A DNA stretch of 63,993 nt, the filler included, from Stramenopiles sp. TOSAG23-2 (lineage: Eukaryota), in the NCBI GenBank assembly GCA_900128395.1. It is 7 parts of 7 records of this genome, joined end to end, with 100 filler letters (N's around TTAATTAATTAA, not from the genome) between each part and the next. Parts side by side here need not be neighbours in the genome. Positions count along the whole stretch, not along the records: positions 55,749 to 63,993 come from LT650221.1; 6 more parts are not named here. One strand, written 5' to 3'. This document shows, one piece after another, positions 57,663-63,993 of this stretch (position 1 is its first letter; every line of letters starts with the position of its first letter). The position numbers and the translations under genes are program-made. A model generated the notes under the pieces. That model had not been told where the DNA came from. It searched no databases and was given only the letters and a program-made list of their open reading frames with translations.

Positions 57663-60479
57663 ATGGATCCGAGGAATGCAAACAAACAGCTTGATGAGTC
57701 TATCAAAGATAATCGCAAAGAATTAGCGAAAGGAAATCACGAACAGCTTGATACTCGTATCGAAAATTACGAGTTTCTCGAAAGACTCGGGAAAGGGGGT
57801 CAGGGAACAGTGAATCTTTGCAAAAGAAAAACAGATGGTGAAAGATATGCTATTAAGCACTTCTCAATTGATAAACAGCAGTTCTCAATTGATAAACAGC
57901 GAGCAGTAAAAGAAGCGGAGCTTTTGATGTTACCACCTGAGCATGATAATATTGTGCGTTGTTTTGGTAGCTGGAGGCAAGACGATACGTTCTACATGCT
58001 AGAAGAACATTTAAAAGGGATGGATTTACTTGAATATCATCAAACACACGGACAAAGTATATCACAAACAGAGTTATTGTCAATTATAATTGGTAGTTTA
58101 AGTGGCGTTGCGCATTTACATGATTATAATATATGGCATAGAGACTTAAAACTCGAGAACCTATTTCGTACTGATTCTGGTACGATCAAGTTGTTTGATT
58201 TAGGTTTAGGATTACATGCAAGTGGTGAATTTACAAAGTCATTAGTAGGTACACCAATTTATGCATCGCCAGAACTAGTAAATTTAATGTACAACAAAGA
58301 TTCTTCCGGATATTCCAGTAAACATGATATGTTTCAACTTGCAGTAATATATTTTATTCTTGTTGCTGGTTATCACCCTTTTGTACCCAAAACAGGCAAT
58401 GTCAAATTGAGAAATACAAAAACATTTGAAAATATTCGCGGTAAAGAAATTCGCCTTCGACAAAACAAAACCATACCGTACGATCAACGAATCCTGAATT
58501 TGATTAAGAAATGTGGGGCAAAAGATCCAAAAGCACGCCCAACTGCTAAGGAAGCTTTAGGTATGGCAATTGATATTTCCAAAGAAATTGAAACTGAAGG
58601 ACGGATTGAAGGTGCAAAGCAGGTGAGCGTTCTTGTAGAAAATTATTTTTTGAGCTGTTTGAAGGACAAATTTATCGGTTGGGTAAAAAGTTTGAAAAAA
58701 GATATCAAGTTTGAAACCATGAAACGCGAAAAAAAGGTGAACGAGACGCGAAAAAAGGTGAACGAGAAGCTTGTAAGAGAAGAATTGAAGAAGAAAAAAC
58801 TAGCATTAGAGGGTTTACGTCAGCAAGTCATGGAAGATCAGAGAAACCTACAAGAACAGCGGGATCAATTGAGGAAAAGAGAAAAACAACTACAGGAAAA
58901 GGAAGAGAAAGTTAAAAGAGACGATTTAAAATTGAAAAAAACACTTTGGAATGCAAAATGGAATGCTAATAATATTATCCATGTTACTAATATCCAAACA
59001 TTCATTCGAAAAGTACTTGCTACAAGGCGATACAGAAAAGATCTACATGATATCATTGTTATACAAAGATTTATTCGTAAGAAATTGGTCCAACAAAAAT
59101 GGTATGCAAATCAAATTCCAAAAATTGAAAATCGATATGCTGAACATTATGCAAATTCGGTAAGACATGCCTTCGATTCTAAAGTTGCAAAAGAAAGTAA
59201 TATTATTTTGCAAAATCGTAATAATGAACTTGCGTTGGAAAAAGTGCAAACGGAGAATCACAACCATGCACTTTTATTAAATATGGAACAACTACAGGAA
59301 GAGTATGCTACACTTGTACGTAACGTTGAAGGTATCCACAAGGATTTAATTTGTCCCATCACGTTAGAACGTTTCGTTGATCCTGTTATTGCACGTGATG
59401 GATATGTCTATGAAAGTGAAGCAATTCAACAATGGTTTGATAATCACAGGATTTCACCTATGACCAATGGCCCATTAACGGATACAAGATTAACACCATG
59501 TCACAAGATGAAGACGATAGCTCGAGCTTTTGATGATGTTGCAGGAAATAATAATAATGTGCAAGAATTGGATACTCAGTTGAAAGTAGTCCGTGAAAAT
59601 TATCAACGACGTTTCGAACAAAGCGTTAAGAAAAATGAAGATCTTCAAGACAGATTAAATGATTCTAAAAAAATTATTTGTGAACAAACCTTGGAATTAG
59701 CAAGTGAAAAGATAACAATTCAGGAACAAAACGTGGAATTGGCGAGGGAAAAGAAAACAATTGATACACTTCGCTTTGCTGCGAAGCAAAGGGATCGTGA
59801 AATCGAACGCCTAAAAAAAGAGACAAGAGGTAGGCAAACCATTATTAATCAAAATCGTCTTGAAATTGAACGCCTGACTAGTACACTCGGTAATCGTGAA
59901 CTTGATATCAAAAAAAAAGACGACCAAATTAAATCACTTTATCAAAATGTTGGTGCAATGTTATGTAAAAAGGATAGAACATTTGGTCCAATCACACGCA
60001 AAAAAAGTATTGTAAGGAAAAAGATTGGAGATAGTCAATATGCAGGCCAAATGGAAAGTGGTAAACGCCATGGATTTGGTGCAAATACATATGCTAATGG
60101 CAATACTTATGTTGGTGAATGGAAAGATGATAAGAAAGATGGAAACGGTGCATATACATATGCTAATGGCAATGTATATGTTGGTGAATGGAAAGATGAT
60201 AAGAGAAATGGAAAAGGTAAATTGACAGATAAAAATGGAAAATTAATCCATGAAGGGACGTGGAAGACATATGCTAGTGGTAATGTATATGTTGGTGACT
60301 TTAAAGATGATAAATTCCATGGAAAAGGTACATTTACATGGAATAGTGGATCGCTTAAAGGTGAGGTATATGTTGGTGAATGGAAAAATAATAAACAAAA
60401 TGGATATGGTAAACACACTAATGCAGATGGTTCTATCTATCATGATGGAATGTGGAAAGATTGTGAACGAGTGCGATGA
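57663..60479 (+). CDS. Ser/Thr kinase - coiled coil - 2x IQ - U-box - coiled coil - MORN repeats
   Basis: Kinase GKGGQGTV, AIK, HRDLKLEN, DLG, GTPIYASPE. IQ motifs IQTFIRKVLATRRY and IQRFIRKKL. U-box LICPITLERFVDPV..DGYVYE..AIQQW..SPMT. MORN repeats YVGEWKDDKKDGNG. Confidence 0.92.
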   Translation: MDPRNANKQLDESIKDNRKELAKGNHEQLDTRIENYEFLERLGKGGQGTVNLCKRKTDGERYAIKHFSIDKQQFSIDKQRAVKEAELLMLPPEHDNIVRCFGSWRQDDTFYMLEEHLKGMDLLEYHQTHGQSISQTELLSIIIGSLSGVAHLHDYNIWHRDLKLENLFRTDSGTIKLFDLGLGLHASGEFTKSLVGTPIYASPELVNLMYNKDSSGYSSKHDMFQLAVIYFILVAGYHPFVPKTGNVKLRNTKTFENIRGKEIRLRQNKTIPYDQRILNLIKKCGAKDPKARPTAKEALGMAIDISKEIETEGRIEGAKQVSVLVENYFLSCLKDKFIGWVKSLKKDIKFETMKREKKVNETRKKVNEKLVREELKKKKLALEGLRQQVMEDQRNLQEQRDQLRKREKQLQEKEEKVKRDDLKLKKTLWNAKWNANNIIHVTNIQTFIRKVLATRRYRKDLHDIIVIQRFIRKKLVQQKWYANQIPKIENRYAEHYANSVRHAFDSKVAKESNIILQNRNNELALEKVQTENHNHALLLNMEQLQEEYATLVRNVEGIHKDLICPITLERFVDPVIARDGYVYESEAIQQWFDNHRISPMTNGPLTDTRLTPCHKMKTIARAFDDVAGNNNNVQELDTQLKVVRENYQRRFEQSVKKNEDLQDRLNDSKKIICEQTLELASEKITIQEQNVELAREKKTIDTLRFAAKQRDREIERLKKETRGRQTIINQNRLEIERLTSTLGNRELDIKKKDDQIKSLYQNVGAMLCKKDRTFGPITRKKSIVRKKIGDSQYAGQMESGKRHGFGANTYANGNTYVGEWKDDKKDGNGAYTYANGNVYVGEWKDDKRNGKGKLTDKNGKLIHEGTWKTYASGNVYVGDFKDDKFHGKGTFTWNSGSLKGEVYVGEWKNNKQNGYGKHTNADGSIYHDGMWKDCERVR

Positions 60480-60789
60480 ATGAAAGAGAATCCCTTAAAA
60501 ACATATTAAATAATAATAATATATATTTATACTTATTACTATACATAAACATAGGAACACACATTTCACACACCACATTTTGGACTCTCTATATTTATTA
60601 TTTAGCTATAATGCATTTTGTTATTTTGTTATAATACAACATTGAATACATTTTTTGAACCACATTGAAATACCAAACCAGATCGACTTTTCACAAACAT
60701 ATCATTTTTGATTTCACCATTCACCATTATCCATTTGTAATAGAGAAAACACTTCGTTTGTCAGTGTGCGGTAATATTTTTGAAAAGGT

Positions 60790-61133
60790 GATGATAAGAG
60801 AAATGGAAAAGGTAAATTGACAGATAAAAATGGAAGATTAATCCATGAAGGGACGTGGAAGACATATGCTAATGGTAATGTATATGTTGTGGTGAATGGA
60901 AAAATCATGAGAGACATGGAAAAGGTACATTTACATATGCTAGTGGTGATGTATATGATGATGAATGGAAAGATGGTAACAGACATGGAAAAGGTACATA
61001 TACATAGGCTAGTGGTGCTGTACATGTTGGTGAATTCAAAGATGATATCAGACATGGAAAAGGCAAAGAGACTCTCGCAAATGGTTCGATCATTCACAAA
61101 GGAATGTGGAAACATGATAAACCAGTTCGATGA
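60790..61133 (+). pseudogene. Degenerate duplicate of the MORN-repeat C-terminus
   Basis: 60790-60889 nearly equals 60195-60294. Different MORN units follow, with one frameshift (GTTGTGGTGAA) and an in-frame TAG, ending at GMWKHDKPVR*. Confidence 0.8.
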
Positions 61134-61425
61134 ATACATATATTATATGTAGACTGACAAGGAAAAAAACACAAATTGTCTTTCAACTCGATTGACCATG
61201 AAGCAAGAAGTACAAAAAAAAGAAACAAAATTTTGATACTCGTATTATTACCAAGAAAAAAGAAAAAAGAAGGAAGAAAAAAAGTAAAAAACAAAAAAAC
61301 AAAACAGGAAAAAAAAACGGAGTGCTGGGAGTGAATATTAAACGAAAAGTATATGATATTAAATATTACACTGTATATTACGTGTGTGTGTAATTTAAAA
61401 GTACACATCATTGATATAAGTCTTT

Positions 61426-63993
61426 TTACTGTGCAAATTTGACTGTTTTTTTCTGGTTCTTTTTCTTTTCTCTAATAGCTGCTATAGCTGCTTTATCCCT
61501 TTCCCGCTTTGCTTTCTTTTGTTCTTTCTTCAATCGATAGGCTTTTTCTGCCGGTGTTTCTTCCGGAATTTTCGCTGGTAAATCATAAAATATCCTTACA
61601 ATGTCTAGCCCTGAAATAACAGCTCTGAGAGATAGATCTTCGCTTACAACTACTATACTTGTCAATTCTTCAATATTGTCTTCACTCAATTCATACAAAC
61701 GCGTTAATATCCTTGCCGCGTCTAAACTATCTTGTCTTTCTGCTTTGGCTTCCAACTCTTCCATATTTTCTTCCTCTTCTTCCTTCTCATCTCGGTTCAA
61801 ATTATATGCATTCTTTTTATCGTCCATTTCATCGTCTTCATCAGAGTCTTCCCAACCTTCATCAACTGCTTTTTGTATAAATCGCAACATTTCTTCAACG
61901 TCATCCTTTATCGTATGTCGTATACTTAAAATGAACGATGCGATTGCACCAGGATGGCCAAACAGCCAAGCTAGCCATTCTTTAATCGTAGTCATTGGTT
62001 TTGCAGAACCATCTTCCTCATTCAAATTATACGAGCAATTAAAATAGCGATTTAATAACTTAAACATGCCAGGATACCTCATACTTGCCCGATTACCCCG
62101 AACATAACGTATTAGCATCGATAAATACTTTTGCATTGTAGAATTTGTTCGACCTTGCATTGTTGGTGCACCAGTAGGATCCATCAATCTACGCCCAAAT
62201 GACTCGGTACAATCAAAATTACAATACAAAGTTGCTTTTAGATAATGAGATAAGGATCCCATGTTTAACAATGCCATATCTCGACCTAAATCACCTTCAC
62301 CAAGAGAATATGCCTGTTGCAAACCTTTTACAGTCAAACCAATACCAACATCAGCTACTTTTGAATCGAAACGATCCTCTGCAATAGAATCCATATACTC
62401 TTTAGGTGTTTCGAATAATGGATTCCTGCATGCGGCATTTAACCTATTTATTTCCCGATATGACAGTCCTTTATCTTTATCTTCGTCAAAAAGCTTATGC
62501 ATGGCAATAACACATGTTTTTGCTAAACCGGATAACACTGGTGCCAATGGACCCTTCGCGTCTTGCTTTTCCCATTTCACGGTATTTGTATGATGCTCAA
62601 CAAATGGCAACGTTAAATCAAAGATTTCACCAATATCGACGTTTACTTCCAGACGCGTATTAAATAATTGGATGCCACCATTTTCTGCACCACGCCTTTT
62701 ACTATTAAAACTGCCTGGTATTCCAGTCGGCAATTCTTCACTGAACAATTCACCAACTTTTAATCCTGCACCTCGTGCAAATGCTACAAACGGATCTGCA
62801 TCTTTGTACAGCAAAAATCCAATACGTATGCACACTTCGCCATAAGATACAACCCTTTCTACCGATGGACTGTGTGCAAATGCGCTATACGCTTTTGAAA
62901 TGGATGGAATTTCAAGGAACGCGGCGATTGAATCAGCTATTAAATGCACATCTTTCACTTTGGCTGCTTTATTGCATTTGATTTCGATATAAAATCCAGC
63001 ACGTCGATCTGCTATCATATCGCTCTCTTCCATTTCATCATCTCTATCTCCAGCTTCCATTATTGCACTATATTCGCCAAAATGTTTGATTTTATCACTT
63101 TCCGTTTTTCGATTTGTTTTTTCATCTGGCATATTATGTTGAATTGGCAATTTTCCATATGCCCTCATCAACAACGTGCGCAACGAAAATAACGTTCGGT
63201 TTTTCTTACGTCTACGGTCTTGAAATAAGTCATGTGTCCCATCATCCCCAATCGGTTGTTCTTTCTTCTCTTTATCCATCTGTTCTAATACACCTGTTGC
63301 ATCTGGATTTCCACGGTTTAAATCAATTTCAATAACAAGTTTTGGCTTTGGAGGTGGAGGAGGTAAATCATCATCATCCGATTCACTATCTTCAGAAAGT
63401 ACAATTTCTTCTTCTAGATTCTCATTTTCATCGCCAGAATTTTCTTCATCCTCACTTTCACTTACTAATGCATTGTCTGGATCATCAATATCTTTTTTTC
63501 CATGGCCAGGTATGTGAAATGTTTTATATGGTGGATCAATTTGCGCAGTTAAAGACCATTTTCTAGGCCCGCATGTATGGTCACTTTGATCATCCTCTTG
63601 ATATCGCGTAGTCGTTTCAGCCTCAAACTCTGTTGGATAATCCTCCCATCCCAATGCAATTCGTTTATAACGCCTACGCCATTTATTGAAATCAGACCGA
63701 TCTAAAGACCATGACATATATGACAAAGCTTTTCGACGTGTTTCCATTTGCATCCAAACAGCTCGTCGTTCTAATGACAATGACATTTTCCAATCTAAAT
63801 GCTTGGCTACTTTGGAATCATCATCCTCATCATCTGTATCGTATTCCCAAACTTTCTTTTTTTTGGTTTCTAATTCTTGCAAATACTTTCTATTTTTTTC
63901 ATCTTGCTCTGCTTGTCTCTCTTCAAGCACCTCTAAAGCAGTTTTCCCTTCGTTATTTTCACCATCATCGTTTTCTATTGCATATGTTCCCAT
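61426..63993 (-). CDS. Large uncharacterised acidic protein with one EF-hand-like motif; 5' end probably beyond the window
   Basis: 855-aa ORF reaching the window edge, with LFDEDKDKGLSYREI, D/E-rich tracts and a basic C-terminus. Confidence 0.8.
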   Translation of the reverse strand: MGTYAIENDDGENNEGKTALEVLEERQAEQDEKNRKYLQELETKKKKVWEYDTDDEDDDSKVAKHLDWKMSLSLERRAVWMQMETRRKALSYMSWSLDRSDFNKWRRRYKRIALGWEDYPTEFEAETTTRYQEDDQSDHTCGPRKWSLTAQIDPPYKTFHIPGHGKKDIDDPDNALVSESEDEENSGDENENLEEEIVLSEDSESDDDDLPPPPPKPKLVIEIDLNRGNPDATGVLEQMDKEKKEQPIGDDGTHDLFQDRRRKKNRTLFSLRTLLMRAYGKLPIQHNMPDEKTNRKTESDKIKHFGEYSAIMEAGDRDDEMEESDMIADRRAGFYIEIKCNKAAKVKDVHLIADSIAAFLEIPSISKAYSAFAHSPSVERVVSYGEVCIRIGFLLYKDADPFVAFARGAGLKVGELFSEELPTGIPGSFNSKRRGAENGGIQLFNTRLEVNVDIGEIFDLTLPFVEHHTNTVKWEKQDAKGPLAPVLSGLAKTCVIAMHKLFDEDKDKGLSYREINRLNAACRNPLFETPKEYMDSIAEDRFDSKVADVGIGLTVKGLQQAYSLGEGDLGRDMALLNMGSLSHYLKATLYCNFDCTESFGRRLMDPTGAPTMQGRTNSTMQKYLSMLIRYVRGNRASMRYPGMFKLLNRYFNCSYNLNEEDGSAKPMTTIKEWLAWLFGHPGAIASFILSIRHTIKDDVEEMLRFIQKAVDEGWEDSDEDDEMDDKKNAYNLNRDEKEEEEENMEELEAKAERQDSLDAARILTRLYELSEDNIEELTSIVVVSEDLSLRAVISGLDIVRIFYDLPAKIPEETPAEKAYRLKKEQKKAKRERDKAAIAAIREKKKNQKKTVKFAQ

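Noticed and set aside
1-63993. Alternative genetic code, tRNA/rRNA genes or a prokaryotic/viral origin of the whole window
   Set aside because: Conserved proteins translate and end correctly in the standard code, spliceosomal introns are present, and I saw no tRNA or rRNA signatures or viral hallmark genes.

Overview
AT-rich eukaryotic nuclear DNA in the standard genetic code, with few short GT-AG introns carrying CTAAC/CTAAT branch points. It most likely comes from a flagellated heterotrophic protist: CFAP300 is present, and a stramenopile/MAST-like origin is my inference. The window is not one locus. It holds seven unrelated ~9.2 kb contigs joined by artificial N44-TTAATTAATTAA-N44 linkers. 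Genes: 14-3-3, a divergent 14-3-3 with an N-terminal extension, a GT90-like glycosyltransferase broken by a duplication, eIF6, CFAP300, U-box/Sel1, kinesin-14, an LRR protein, ISCU, bifunctional fucokinase/GDP-fucose pyrophosphorylase, an alpha/beta hydrolase, a secreted sulfatase-GH78 rhamnosidase fusion, a TPR-methyltransferase, an SLC25 carrier, GMD, a bacterial-type GNAT, a >2200-aa Cys-rich protein with repeated RRL motifs, and a kinase-IQ-U-box-MORN protein. Several MITE/TIR elements and a dispersed repeat family are also present. Best leads: (1) the RRL-punctuated putative polyprotein; (2) a TACG-N1-5-CGTA palindrome that clusters just downstream of stop codons on independent contigs; (3) the sulfatase-GH78 fusion.
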